This document shows positions 11,981 through 21,306 of a stretch of 64,000 bases of DNA, one piece after another (the first letter of the stretch is position 1; the number at the start of each line of letters is the position of its first letter). The DNA is taken from positions 416,001-480,000 of the forward strand of contig CAWEYG010000003.1 in NCBI GenBank assembly GCA_963813155.1, read 5' to 3'. This stretch comes from an uncultured Acidobacteriota bacterium. GTDB lineage: Bacteria; Acidobacteriota; Thermoanaerobaculia; UBA5066; DATFVB01. The notes below the pieces were generated by a model. It did not search any database and was not told where the DNA came from. It worked only from the letters and a program-made list of their open reading frames with translations. The position numbers and the translations under genes are program-made.

Positions 11981-12364
11981 TCATTTGCGGGGACGGAAGA
12001 CGGCGACCCGAGATCCCGGGCTTTCGATTTCCGGGGGCATTCGCGCCGCGACGAAGCGCATCGCGAGCACGACCAGGATCGTGAGGACGGCAACGGTGCC
12101 GGCGAGATTCCTTCCGTGCCAGAGCCCGGCGAACCATTCGCGGAACTCGGCCGCGAGGACGTTCGCCGTTCCGCCATAAACCTCGAGCTGGTGGAGGTAG
12201 AGTTTGGTGTCCATCGGATCGTAGCCGAGAGGGTTCTCCGGCTCGGGACCGGCCGCGAAGAAAATGATCGCGGCGCTTCCGAGACCGGCCGCGAGGATCG
12301 CGCGGGCAATGCGCCTCAGGCGAATCTCCGCCGGCGACGCCCCGCCCTTCGCAGGCCGACTCAT
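11981..12364 (-). CDS. Small two-TM hypothetical membrane protein
   Basis: ATG at 12364 overlaps the upstream TAA: MSRPAKGG...AILAAGLGSAAIIFFAAG...YLHQLEVYGGTANVLAAEFREWFAGLWHGRNLAGTVAVLTILVV. Confidence 0.7.
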   Translation of the reverse strand: MSRPAKGGASPAEIRLRRIARAILAAGLGSAAIIFFAAGPEPENPLGYDPMDTKLYLHQLEVYGGTANVLAAEFREWFAGLWHGRNLAGTVAVLTILVVLAMRFVAARMPPEIESPGSRVAVFRPRK

Positions 12365-14703
12365 TACTCGCTCCCCTTCAGAGTCAGTCGACGGCGTCCG
12401 CGAAGAGCCGCGGGATCCCCCTGTCGGACAAAGTACGACGCGCCCGCCGGCAGGGCCCCGAGCTTCTGGGTCGTCCGGTCGCGGTCGGGCCACGTGATCT
12501 CGATTTCGCGGATCGTCGCCTCGTCGTCCGCGAGGCAGCCGAGGCCGATCTCCTGCTCGAGGGGAGAGGCGCCGAAGCTTCCGCCGCTGCCGACGGTGCG
12601 AAAGATCCGCCGGGTCCCCTTCGCGCCCGCGATCGTGACTTCGATTCGGGCGCCGATCGCGGATCGGTTCGCGCGAGTTCCCTCGAGTTTCAGCGAGATC
12701 CAGTCGTTCCCGTTGCCCGGGTTCTCGAAGAGCGCGTTCGGAAACGTGTCTCCCGGAAATGCCCCGCCCAGGACCTCGTAAATGTCCTCGTCGCCGTCGT
12801 TGTCCAGGTCGGCGAACGCGACCCCGTGCCCCTTCGCGAGAGTCCCGAGGTTCGCCGCCACGGTCACGTCCTCGAACGCGCGCCCCCCTTTGTTTCGAAA
12901 CGCCCGGTTCGGAACCAGGAACTCGAACGGCGGGGTTCCGGTTCCGAGGTACAGGTCGAGGAACCCGTCGTTGTCGAAGTCGCCGAAGTTCGCGCCCATC
13001 ACGGACATCGAATGCCAGAGCCCCGCCTCTTTCGTCACGTCGGCGAAAGTCCCGTCCCCGCGGTTGTGGAAGAGTCGGGGTTTTCCGTCCGAGGAAGGCG
13101 CCGCCTGGCCGAGGAATTCCGCGATCTCGTCTCGCGCCGACGTCCGCAGCTCGATCGGGACGCCCTTGCCGGAGAAGACGACGCGGGCGCGAGGGTAGCC
13201 GCCGACGAAAATGTCGTCCCACCCGTCATTGTCGTAGTCGAAGAACCAGGTCGGAAAACTGAAGATCGGCTCGCCCACGCCCGCCCGGGCCGTGACGTCG
13301 CTGAATTTCCATCGCCCCTTCGCGTCCGGCCCGTCGTTGTGCAACAGGATGTTCGTGTCGCCGTAGCGCGAAAGGTAGAGGTCGATGCGCCCGTCGTGAT
13401 CGTAGTCGCCCCACGCGGCGCCCTTGATCCATCCGCGAATGTCGAGGCCCATCTCCGGGAGGACATCCTTGAAGGTCCCGTCCCCCTGGTTTCGATACAG
13501 GTGGCCCTGCGCCTGCGGGTGCGCGAGCCGGTAGAGGTCGAGCAGGAGGCTCGCGGAAAGCTTGCTCATTGAGTCGAGGACGCGCGTGGGGAACCCGGTC
13601 TCCGTGCCGACGAAGAGGTCGAGCAGGCCGTCGTTGTCGAAGTCGCCCCAGGCGGCTGCCTGCGTCGCCTCGATTTGCAGGATTCCCGCGCGCGCCGTGA
13701 CGTCGGTGAACTTGCCGTGGTCGTTCGCGAGCAGCGTGCTCGGCTGGCCGTGCTCCATTTGCCATCCCCCGCGCAAGACGAGGACGTCCGGGTACCCGTT
13801 GTTGTCGTAGTCCGCCTGGATCAGATTCAGTCCTCCTCGAACGCCCTGGAGCCCCGCTTCTTTCGTGACGTCCGCGAACGTGCCGTCTCCCATGTTGCGG
13901 AAGAGCCGGAGCTGCCCCTCATCGGAGTCGATCGGAGCGGCCTCCGAGACCATGATGTCCAGGTACCCGTCCCCGTCGAAGTCGTCGATCACGACGCCGC
14001 CCGCGAGACCGCCTACCGCGACGCCGAGGGAGTCGGCGACGTCCTTGAATTCCGGAAACGCCGATTTCGGCCCGTAAGTCGCCGGATCGATCCGCCACTC
14101 CGGGCGAATCGTCTCCGGCCCTCTTCCGAGCGTCATGCACGCGATGTTCAGGAGCCATTTCACGACGAGGTCGCCCGGCCGCCGTTCAAGGATCGACTCG
14201 AACGCGGCGACGGCCGCGAGCGATCCTCGCCGCTGCACGTGGACCCCACCCGCTCGGATCGGAAAAAGGCAGGAATCGCCCGTGTGCATCGCGACGCAGT
14301 TCTCCTGTTCTCCGAGCCGCATGTACGCGACCGCGCGCGGAAACTCGACGCGGTCGATCAGGTCGTCGCCGCGAATCCCGAGCTTGCCGGCCTGAACGAG
14401 CAGCTCGTCGTAGAGCGCGACCGCTTCTTCGGCGTTTCCGACGCGAACGAGCGCCTGGGCCAGCCGCAACCGCTTCCCGAAGCTCGCGGCGGAAGCATCG
14501 TGCCGGTACCGGGAGAGGTTCTCGGCGACCTTCGTCTCTCCGACGAAGGGCACATCGGGTCCGATCTGCGAGGCGAGCCGCGCGAGAATGTCGGCGGAGC
14601 TTCCCTCCGGCGGGCGCGACGAACGGCAGCCGGCCAGCACGGCCACGCAGGCAGCCAGAAGGATCGGAAGGAAACGCTCAGGGACGCGAACGCGACGCGA
14701 CAT
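12364..14703 (-). CDS. CRTAC1-like FG-GAP repeat / ASPIC-UnbV lipoprotein
   Basis: Lipobox VLAGC; repeated DFDGDGYLD, DYDNNGYPD, DFDNDGLLD motifs; C-terminal NRSAIGARIEV...GSGGSFG...IGLG...IEITWP. Confidence 0.88.
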   Translation of the reverse strand: MSRRVRVPERFLPILLAACVAVLAGCRSSRPPEGSSADILARLASQIGPDVPFVGETKVAENLSRYRHDASAASFGKRLRLAQALVRVGNAEEAVALYDELLVQAGKLGIRGDDLIDRVEFPRAVAYMRLGEQENCVAMHTGDSCLFPIRAGGVHVQRRGSLAAVAAFESILERRPGDLVVKWLLNIACMTLGRGPETIRPEWRIDPATYGPKSAFPEFKDVADSLGVAVGGLAGGVVIDDFDGDGYLDIMVSEAAPIDSDEGQLRLFRNMGDGTFADVTKEAGLQGVRGGLNLIQADYDNNGYPDVLVLRGGWQMEHGQPSTLLANDHGKFTDVTARAGILQIEATQAAAWGDFDNDGLLDLFVGTETGFPTRVLDSMSKLSASLLLDLYRLAHPQAQGHLYRNQGDGTFKDVLPEMGLDIRGWIKGAAWGDYDHDGRIDLYLSRYGDTNILLHNDGPDAKGRWKFSDVTARAGVGEPIFSFPTWFFDYDNDGWDDIFVGGYPRARVVFSGKGVPIELRTSARDEIAEFLGQAAPSSDGKPRLFHNRGDGTFADVTKEAGLWHSMSVMGANFGDFDNDGFLDLYLGTGTPPFEFLVPNRAFRNKGGRAFEDVTVAANLGTLAKGHGVAFADLDNDGDEDIYEVLGGAFPGDTFPNALFENPGNGNDWISLKLEGTRANRSAIGARIEVTIAGAKGTRRIFRTVGSGGSFGASPLEQEIGLGCLADDEATIREIEITWPDRDRTTQKLGALPAGASYFVRQGDPAALRGRRRLTLKGSE

Positions 14704-14710
14704 CCCTCCC

Positions 14711-15874
14711 CTACTTCGCGCGGGCGCGCACGGAAGCGCGGAAATCGCGGCGCGCCTTTTCGTCCGGGATCTGGTCGGCGACGGCCGCGGCGAGTCCGAC
14801 CAGGCTCGCGGCGCCCTTCGCCGCTTTCTTAACGAGCACGCGCGCGAGCGGGCCGATGTGCCGGGCGAGCTCGACTTCGACGAAGTGCAGGTCCTCCTCG
14901 CGAAACGAGGAAGCCGTCGCCGACGGGACCGCGGAAGGAGCGGCCGATCCGGGCCGATGGCCCACCGTCATCGTCTCTCCCGCTTCCAAATCCACCAGTG
15001 CTTCGATCTGCGTCACGCTCGGCTCTTCCGCCCTCGGGACCTCGCCGGCCTGCACGCGGGCGAGGTCCCGGTCGAGCGCGTCCATGTCCGGGTAGCGCTC
15101 CTCGCGGTTCTTGGCCATCGTCTTCCGAAGGACGCGGCAGAGCCCTTCCGAGAGACCCGGCTCGTACCGGCGAGGGTCGGGGAGCGGCTGCGTCAGGTGC
15201 ATCGACATCACGAGCGCGCCGGACGTTCCCTTGTACGGCGCGTGCCCGGTGACGAGGTGGTAGAACGTCGCCCCGAGCGAGTAGACGTCCGCGCGGGCGT
15301 CGATGTCTTTCAGCCCGCGAATCTGCTCGGGCGAGATGTAGTTCGGCGTTCCCACCGCCTGTCCCGTTTGCGTCAGGCCCTGGTCTTCGTCCATGCGCTT
15401 TGCGATCCCCAGGTCCACGAGCTTGACCTCGCCCCGCGAGGTCAGCATGAGATTGTCCGGCTTGATGTCGCGGTGGACGATGCCCGCCGCGTGAGCGACC
15501 GCGAGCGCCCGCGCCGCCTGCCGGACGATCTGGAGGGCCTCGTTTTCGCTCAGCCGGCCGCGGTTCAGGCGCGTGCCCAGCGACTCGCCGTCGACGTACT
15601 CCATCGCGAGGTACTGAACTCCGTCCACGCTTCCGAAGTCATAGATCTGAACCACGTTCGGGTGATTCAAGCGCGCCGCGACCCGCGCTTCCTTCAGGAA
15701 CCTCTGGACGAATTCCTCGTCCGCGGAGAACTCGGGAGCAAGCGTCTTCAGCGCGACGATGCGTTCGAGCGTGACGTTCCGGGCTCGATAGACCTTTCCC
15801 ATTCCGCCGGAGCCCAGCTCCTCGAGAATCTCATAGGCGCCGAAGCGCCGCCCCGCGAGGCTCTGCTCCGTCAA
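14711..15874 (-). CDS. Soluble Ser/Thr (Hanks) protein kinase with C-terminal helical domain
   Basis: LGSGGMGKVY, VALK, HRDIKPDN, DLGIAK, GTPNYISPEQ; no TM; tail ELARHIGPLARVLVKKAAK. Confidence 0.92.
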   Translation of the reverse strand: MTEQSLAGRRFGAYEILEELGSGGMGKVYRARNVTLERIVALKTLAPEFSADEEFVQRFLKEARVAARLNHPNVVQIYDFGSVDGVQYLAMEYVDGESLGTRLNRGRLSENEALQIVRQAARALAVAHAAGIVHRDIKPDNLMLTSRGEVKLVDLGIAKRMDEDQGLTQTGQAVGTPNYISPEQIRGLKDIDARADVYSLGATFYHLVTGHAPYKGTSGALVMSMHLTQPLPDPRRYEPGLSEGLCRVLRKTMAKNREERYPDMDALDRDLARVQAGEVPRAEEPSVTQIEALVDLEAGETMTVGHRPGSAAPSAVPSATASSFREEDLHFVEVELARHIGPLARVLVKKAAKGAASLVGLAAAVADQIPDEKARRDFRASVRARAK

Positions 15875-15898
15875 ACGGCGTCCGCCCTTCGCACGCGA

Positions 15899-16774
15899 CT
15901 ACTCCTCGTCGAGCATCTTGAGGGCCTTCACGAGGCTGATGCGCATCCGGTTGAAGGACCCCGCAAGGCGGCCGACCTCGTCGCGGCTGCGGAAACGAAC
16001 CTCGGGAATATCGAGATTGCCCGTCGAGACCTCGTCCGCCATCCGCGAGAGCCGGCGAATGGGCCGAAGAATCGTGAACCACAGCAGGAAATTCAGAAGA
16101 ACCAGCAGGAACAGGAAGACTCCCACGAGCGTCGCGAGCATCGCGCGCTGCGCCTGTGTCGCGAGACGAATCGGCAGGGCCATCGGCACGGCAACGATCT
16201 GCGCCCCGATCGTTTCGTTGAGCTTCCAGCCGAAGCCCCCGGCGGGCCCGTATCGCTTCACGAGGGAGGCGGGAGTCGTCTCCGGCGTCGTGTGGCACGA
16301 CAGACAGCTCGGGTCGGTGATCGTGATCGGCCGCGCGAGGTACAGCGCCCGTCCGAGCGGCGTCTGCCGCTCGCCGATGATCTCCCGCATTTTCGGGTCG
16401 GCGCGAAAGGCGTTGACGACGTCGGCCTCCCAGTCCACCGTCCGGTCGCGCGGGTTCGTCGGGTTCAGCGTCGCTTCTTTGTACGTGTACTCGGGGTGAC
16501 TCTCCCGCAGCGTGTTGAAGATCTCGGTCGCGGAGTAAGCCGGGACGGACTGCGGCAGGAATTCTTCGGCCAGCCGCGGAGCGAGGAGCGGCTTGATCTG
16601 CTTGTTCGTGTAGCCGCGCGTCGCGAGGGCGGTCTGCATCATCAACCGTGCCTGCTGGACGACCTGCGACCGCGCGTTGTTCTGAAGGAGATCCTGGGTG
16701 ATCAGGTGTGCCGGCACGAGGGCGATCGCGGCGCACAGGATCAGGATCAAGTTGAACTTGACGAGAAGCGACAT
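15899..16774 (-). CDS. DUF3365 (Tll0287-like) c-heme sensor with HAMP domain
   Basis: TM, periplasmic domain YKEATLNPTNPRDR...CLSCH (CxxCH)...GFGWKLNETIGAQIV, second TM, then HAMP (RPIRRLSRMADEVSTG...DEVGRLAGSFNRM); ends there. Confidence 0.88.
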   Translation of the reverse strand: MSLLVKFNLILILCAAIALVPAHLITQDLLQNNARSQVVQQARLMMQTALATRGYTNKQIKPLLAPRLAEEFLPQSVPAYSATEIFNTLRESHPEYTYKEATLNPTNPRDRTVDWEADVVNAFRADPKMREIIGERQTPLGRALYLARPITITDPSCLSCHTTPETTPASLVKRYGPAGGFGWKLNETIGAQIVAVPMALPIRLATQAQRAMLATLVGVFLFLLVLLNFLLWFTILRPIRRLSRMADEVSTGNLDIPEVRFRSRDEVGRLAGSFNRMRISLVKALKMLDEE

Positions 16775-16817
16775 GTCCTTCCCCTCCGTTTCGGAGCCCC
16801 GATCTTACCGCGGCGAT

Positions 16818-16850
16818 CGGCGTCCCGCGATCACCGATCGCGGGACGCCG
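16818..16850. terminator. Perfect 15-bp GC-rich hairpin downstream of the crystallin-like gene
   Basis: CGGCGTCCCGCGATC-ACC-GATCGCGGGACGCCG. No U-tract, so a terminator role is uncertain. Confidence 0.5.
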
Positions 16851-16865
16851 CCCCTTCGCATTGAC

Positions 16866-17585
16866 TCAGTGCCGGCGGCGGAAAGAGCCTCGTTCGCGCT
16901 CTTCGATGCGGAACGAGGAAATGCGGTCGTTGAAGCCGGCGGCGCGCAGATCGACCATGTCGCGGCCGAAGCGCCGCCCGTCCCCCCGGAAGTCGCGATC
17001 CTTGAATGCCGTGACTTCCGCGCTGCCGAAAACCCGGATCGACGAAACCCGGTCGTTCATTCCCGGCGGCACCATCGCGGACGACTCGCCGACCGCGGCG
17101 CAGAAGGACCGGCCCCCGAAATTCGGGTCCTCGTAAAAGCACGCGCCGGAACGGGGCGCGGTCGGGTGGCCCCAGCTCATCTCGCCGCGCCCCTCGCCCC
17201 GGCCGTCGCGCGGGCCCCCCCGGTCTTCGCGAGGCTCGACGCGATAAGACGAGATCCGGTCGTTCCAGCCGACTTCCCGCAGGTCGTTCTTGTCCCGTCC
17301 GAAACGTTGAGAGACTCCGCGGAAGTCGCGATCCTTGAACACCGTGACTTCGGCGTCTCCGAGAACGCGGATCGACGAGATCTTGTCGTTCATCCCCTCC
17401 GGCACCATCCTCGTCGAGCTGCCGATCTCGGCACAGAAGTACCGGCCGCCGAAGTTCGGGTGCTCGTAGAAGCAGGCTCCGGACCGGGGCATCTCCGCAC
17501 GGCCCCAGTTCTGTCCGAAGGCGGTTGCAATGCCAATGAAAAGAAAGCCCGCCGAGAAGAAACCGGTCGCAGGGATACGTCTCAT
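16866..17585 (-). CDS. Secreted protein with two beta/gamma-crystallin-like (peptidase inhibitor I36-like) domains
   Basis: Signal peptide; duplicated unit PRSGACFYE(H/D)PNFGGRxFCA...MND(K/R)(I/V)SSIRV...FKDRDFRG...NDRISS. Confidence 0.8.
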   Translation of the reverse strand: MRRIPATGFFSAGFLFIGIATAFGQNWGRAEMPRSGACFYEHPNFGGRYFCAEIGSSTRMVPEGMNDKISSIRVLGDAEVTVFKDRDFRGVSQRFGRDKNDLREVGWNDRISSYRVEPREDRGGPRDGRGEGRGEMSWGHPTAPRSGACFYEDPNFGGRSFCAAVGESSAMVPPGMNDRVSSIRVFGSAEVTAFKDRDFRGDGRRFGRDMVDLRAAGFNDRISSFRIEERERGSFRRRH

Positions 17586-17645
17586 CTTTTCACCTCTCGA
17601 TGTTCGTCGGCCGCGTTGGCGACCTTCTCAATCTCTTCCGGATAG

Positions 17646-17662
17646 AGCAAACCTCGTGCCGG
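17646..17662 (-). promoter_or_regulatory. Sigma-54 (-24/-12) promoter
   Basis: Minus strand reads CCGGCACGAGGTTTGCT, matching GGCACG-N4-TTGC, about 60 nt upstream of ATG 17585. Confidence 0.7.
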
Positions 17663-17678
17663 ACACGGGAGTGAGCGA

Positions 17679-18125
17679 TCACCCATGGGCGTGGACCGCG
17701 TTCAGCGCCACGGCCGCGCGAATGAGGGCCTTCAAAGCCTTCTCGTCGATCTTCTCGCCCTCGTGGAAGTCGATGGCGCGCCGGGTGTTGCCCTCGAGGC
17801 TGGAGTTGAAGAGGCCCGAAGGGTCCTTCAGCGCGGCTCCCCGGGCAAAGGTCGTCTTCACGACGCTCTTGTACGTCTCGCCCGTGCAGAGAATTCCGTC
17901 GTGGGACCACACCGGAATTCCCCACTTCCACTCCTCGACGACGTCGGGGTCGGCTTGCCGGATCAACGCCCGCAGCCGCGAGAGCATCTTGCCGCGCCAG
18001 TCGCCGAGAGAATGGATCCTTTCGTCGATCATCCGGGACGGAGACTTTCCCTTCGGAGGCCCGCTCTTCTTCACGGCGGTACTCTTCTTCCGTTCCTTCG
18101 GTTTCTTGCGGCTCGCGTCAGGCAT
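17679..18125 (-). CDS. DUF1801 (YdhG-like) protein
   Basis: DWRGKMLSRLRALIRQADPDVVEEWKWGIPVWSHDGILCTGETYK...LFNSSLEGNTRRAIDF. Confidence 0.88.
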   Translation of the reverse strand: MPDASRKKPKERKKSTAVKKSGPPKGKSPSRMIDERIHSLGDWRGKMLSRLRALIRQADPDVVEEWKWGIPVWSHDGILCTGETYKSVVKTTFARGAALKDPSGLFNSSLEGNTRRAIDFHEGEKIDEKALKALIRAAVALNAVHAHG

Positions 18126-18210
18126 CGCTGGCCTCCGACAAACGGGGATCTCGGCTCACCAGTGGATTCTAGCCGGAGCCGCGATCGGCTGGCTCACCTT
18201 GCCGATCCGG

Positions 18211-18573
18211 CTAATCATGGTGGAAGTAGAACCGGTTCCCGTCCAGGTCCTGGATTTCGAACTGCCTCAACCCCCAGGGCTTCTTCTCCGGCGGATCGAC
18301 GATGTTCGCACCCGACGCCTGGAGCTCGCGGTACGACTCTTCGACGTCATCGGCGTAAACCCAATGGACAGCGGGCGCGAACGGGGCGCTCGTTCTCCGA
18401 AAGAAAATCACGACGCCGCCGCGGGATACGGCTCCGATCTCCTTGCCCGGATAGAGCCAGCCGATCTCGAACCCGAGAACGTCGCGATAGTACCGCTGCG
18501 CTCGCTCGACATCCTCGACCGGCAGCTCCGGCACCGGATGGTTCATCCTGGACAAACTGGCTCTTTCGCTCAT
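18211..18573 (-). CDS. VOC / glyoxalase / bleomycin-resistance family protein
   Basis: PVPELPVEDVERAQRYYRDVLGF...KPWGLRQFEIQDLDGNRFYF. Confidence 0.88.
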   Translation of the reverse strand: MSERASLSRMNHPVPELPVEDVERAQRYYRDVLGFEIGWLYPGKEIGAVSRGGVVIFFRRTSAPFAPAVHWVYADDVEESYRELQASGANIVDPPEKKPWGLRQFEIQDLDGNRFYFHHD

Positions 18574-18637
18574 CGGGTTATCCTCCCAGAAGATGCAGTC
18601 ATCTTAAGGGTCGGCCCACGGACGCTACAATCCCCCC

Positions 18638-19960
18638 ATGAAACGACTCCGCCTCCCGCCGCTCCTCCTCGCCCTTATCATCGCTCCCATGTCCGACGCC
18701 GCGTCTCCCCTGTCCGCCTCCGAGCGCAAGCTCGCGGCCTTCGTCGACGCGCACAACGGTGAAGCCGAGGCGCTGCTGGAGCGCGCGGTGAACGTCAACA
18801 GCGGCACGATGAATTTCGACGGAGTCCGGGAGGTCGGCCGGATCTTTCGGGCCGAGCTCGACGCGCTGGGCCTCGCGACGCGATGGGTCGACGGCGCCGC
18901 ATTCCATCGGGCCGGGCACCTGATCGCGGAGCACGCACCAAAAAACTCAAATCCTCGAGCTCCGCGCCTCCTCCTCATCGGCCACCTGGACACGGTTTTC
19001 GAAAAGGACAGCCCGTTTCAGAAACTGGAGCGCCTCCCGGGCGGCAAAGCTCGCGGGCCCGGCGTGATCGACATGAAAGGCGGCGACGTCGTGATGATTC
19101 ATGCCCTCGAGGCGCTTCGAGCGGCCGGAGCGCTCGACCGGATGAGCGTCGCGGTGATCATGACGGGAGACGAGGAGAAGGCCGGCGACCCGCTCTCGGT
19201 CGCTCGGAAGGAACTGGTCGAGCTCGCAAAGCGTTCCGACGTCGCGATCGGGTTCGAGGACGGCTCCGGGAAATCGACGGAAGCAATCGTCGCCCGGCGC
19301 GGCTCCAGCGACTGGATCGTGCGCGCGAAGGGAACTCCCGCGCATTCCTCCCAGATCTTCCGGGAGGACGTCGGATCCGGAGCGATCTTCGAGATCGCGC
19401 GCATCCTCGATCAATTCCAGAAGACCCTCGCCGGGGAGAAATACCTCACTTTCTCTCCGGGTGTCATCGTCGGGGGTACGACAGCGACGCTCGATAAGTC
19501 GCAGAACCGCGGATCGGCGTTCGGCAAGAGCAACGTCGTCGCCGGAGAAGCCTCCGTCGAGGGCGACATCCGGACGGTCTCGCCGGAGCAGCTCGCGTCC
19601 GCGAAGGCCCGGATGCGCGAGATCGTCGGCGCTCATCTTCCGAACACCGACGCTTCGATCGAGTTCGACGACGGCTATCCCCCGATGGCGCCGGCGGACG
19701 GGAACCGGAAACTCCTCGCGCTGTACGACCACGCGAGCCGGGACCTCGGGCTCGGCGGTGTCGCCGCGACGGACCCGATGGGCGCAGGCGCGGCGGACGT
19801 CGCGTTCGCGGCGGGGAACGTGAAAATGGCGATCGACGGCGTCGGGCTGATGGGCACGGATGACCACACCGACCGAGAGACGGCCGACCTCGCGACACTC
19901 CCCTCCCAGACGAAGCGCGCCGCGATTCTTCTCTACCGGTTATCGACCGAATCGCGCTAA
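18638..19960 (+). CDS. Secreted M20-family metallopeptidase (glutamate carboxypeptidase-like)
   Basis: Signal peptide; LLIGHLDTVF, GPGVIDMKGG, GDEE, GTPAHSS, GAADV, DHTDRE. Confidence 0.9.
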   Translation: MKRLRLPPLLLALIIAPMSDAASPLSASERKLAAFVDAHNGEAEALLERAVNVNSGTMNFDGVREVGRIFRAELDALGLATRWVDGAAFHRAGHLIAEHAPKNSNPRAPRLLLIGHLDTVFEKDSPFQKLERLPGGKARGPGVIDMKGGDVVMIHALEALRAAGALDRMSVAVIMTGDEEKAGDPLSVARKELVELAKRSDVAIGFEDGSGKSTEAIVARRGSSDWIVRAKGTPAHSSQIFREDVGSGAIFEIARILDQFQKTLAGEKYLTFSPGVIVGGTTATLDKSQNRGSAFGKSNVVAGEASVEGDIRTVSPEQLASAKARMREIVGAHLPNTDASIEFDDGYPPMAPADGNRKLLALYDHASRDLGLGGVAATDPMGAGAADVAFAAGNVKMAIDGVGLMGTDDHTDRETADLATLPSQTKRAAILLYRLSTESR

Positions 19961-19968
19961 ACTTCCGC

Positions 19969-21306
19969 ATCCAACCCAAGACCACAAAGCTCGGGCTGTT
20001 CCACGCGACGATGATCGTGATGGGCGGCATCATCGGCTCCGGGATCTTCATCAACCCCTATGTGGTCGCGAGGCAGGTGCACACGCCCGCGCTGATCCTC
20101 GGAGCCTGGGCGATCGGAGGCCTGATCGCGCTTGCCGGCGCGTTCGTCTACTCGGAGCTCGCTTCCCGGATGCCCGCCGTCGGCGGCCAGTACGCCTACC
20201 TTCGCGACGCGTACCACCCCGCCGTCGCGTTCCTCTATGGCTGGGTGCTCCTGCTCGTCATCCAGACCGGGGGAATGGCAGCCGTCGCCGTGACGTTCGC
20301 GGCGTACTTTCTGGAGCTGACGCATCTTCCAATCTCGCCCGCCGCCGTCGCCGTCGCTGTTCTCGCGGTCCTCGCGGCCGTCAACTGCCTCGGGTTGCGC
20401 GCCGGGAGCTCCGTCCAGAGCGGCCTCATGGTTCTGAAGATCGTCGCGATCGTCGCGCTCGTGTCCGGCGGTCTGTGGTTTCTCTCGACGCACGGATGGG
20501 CCAAACCGCCCTCCCCCCGTCCCGCCGGGGCTGCCGCCCCGCTCGCCCTCCTGCAGGCGATGGGAGCCGCAATGGTCCCCGTTCTGTTCGCGTTCGGGGG
20601 ATGGCAGACGGCAAATTTCGTCGCCGAGGAAATCCGCGAGCCGCGCGTCAACCTGCCGCGCGCGCTGCTGCTCGGGGTCGCCGGCGTCGTCGTGCTTTAC
20701 CTCGCGGTCAATTTCGTCTTCGTTTTCGTTCTCGGCGCCTCCGGCCTCGCGGAGTCCTCCACCCCCGCGTCCGCCGTGATGCGAAAGGCGTTCGGCGAGG
20801 CCGGTTCGCGCTGGATCGCGGTGGGCATCGCCCTCTCGGCGCTGGGGTTCCTCAGCCAGTCGATTCTCACCGCGCCGCGCGTCTACTACGCGATGGCGCG
20901 GGATGGCGTGTTCTTCCGCGCGGTCGGGTGGGTCGATCCGCGCCACGGCGTGCCGTCCGTCGCGATCCTGCTGCAGGCGGCCATGGCGTGCGTCATCGCG
21001 CTGTCCGGACGGTACGACCAGATCCTGAGCTATGTGGTGTCGATGGATTTCCTCTTCTTCGGGCTCACCGCGACGTGCCTCTTCGTGTTTCGGCGGCGCG
21101 AAACGGGCGGATCGTCTCCGCCCGGCCTCGGCAGGGTCCCCGGGCACCCGGTGACGACCGCCCTGTTCGTCGCCGTGTCGTGGATCGTCGTCGCCAACAC
21201 GATCGTCAAGTACCCGATCAACACGGCGATCGGGTTCGGCATCCTGCTCGCGGGGGTGCCGGTGTATTTCGCGTGGAGCCGGAAATCGGCCGGAGGCCGG
21301 GGGTGA
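19969..21306 (+). CDS. APC-family amino acid permease (start uncertain: ATC at 19969 or ATG at 20011)
   Basis: KLGLFHATMIVMGGIIGSGIF, YSELASRMPAVGGQYAYL, EEIREPRVNLPRA, PRVYYAMARDG; many TM helices. Confidence 0.88.
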   Translation: MQPKTTKLGLFHATMIVMGGIIGSGIFINPYVVARQVHTPALILGAWAIGGLIALAGAFVYSELASRMPAVGGQYAYLRDAYHPAVAFLYGWVLLLVIQTGGMAAVAVTFAAYFLELTHLPISPAAVAVAVLAVLAAVNCLGLRAGSSVQSGLMVLKIVAIVALVSGGLWFLSTHGWAKPPSPRPAGAAAPLALLQAMGAAMVPVLFAFGGWQTANFVAEEIREPRVNLPRALLLGVAGVVVLYLAVNFVFVFVLGASGLAESSTPASAVMRKAFGEAGSRWIAVGIALSALGFLSQSILTAPRVYYAMARDGVFFRAVGWVDPRHGVPSVAILLQAAMACVIALSGRYDQILSYVVSMDFLFFGLTATCLFVFRRRETGGSSPPGLGRVPGHPVTTALFVAVSWIVVANTIVKYPINTAIGFGILLAGVPVYFAWSRKSAGGRG

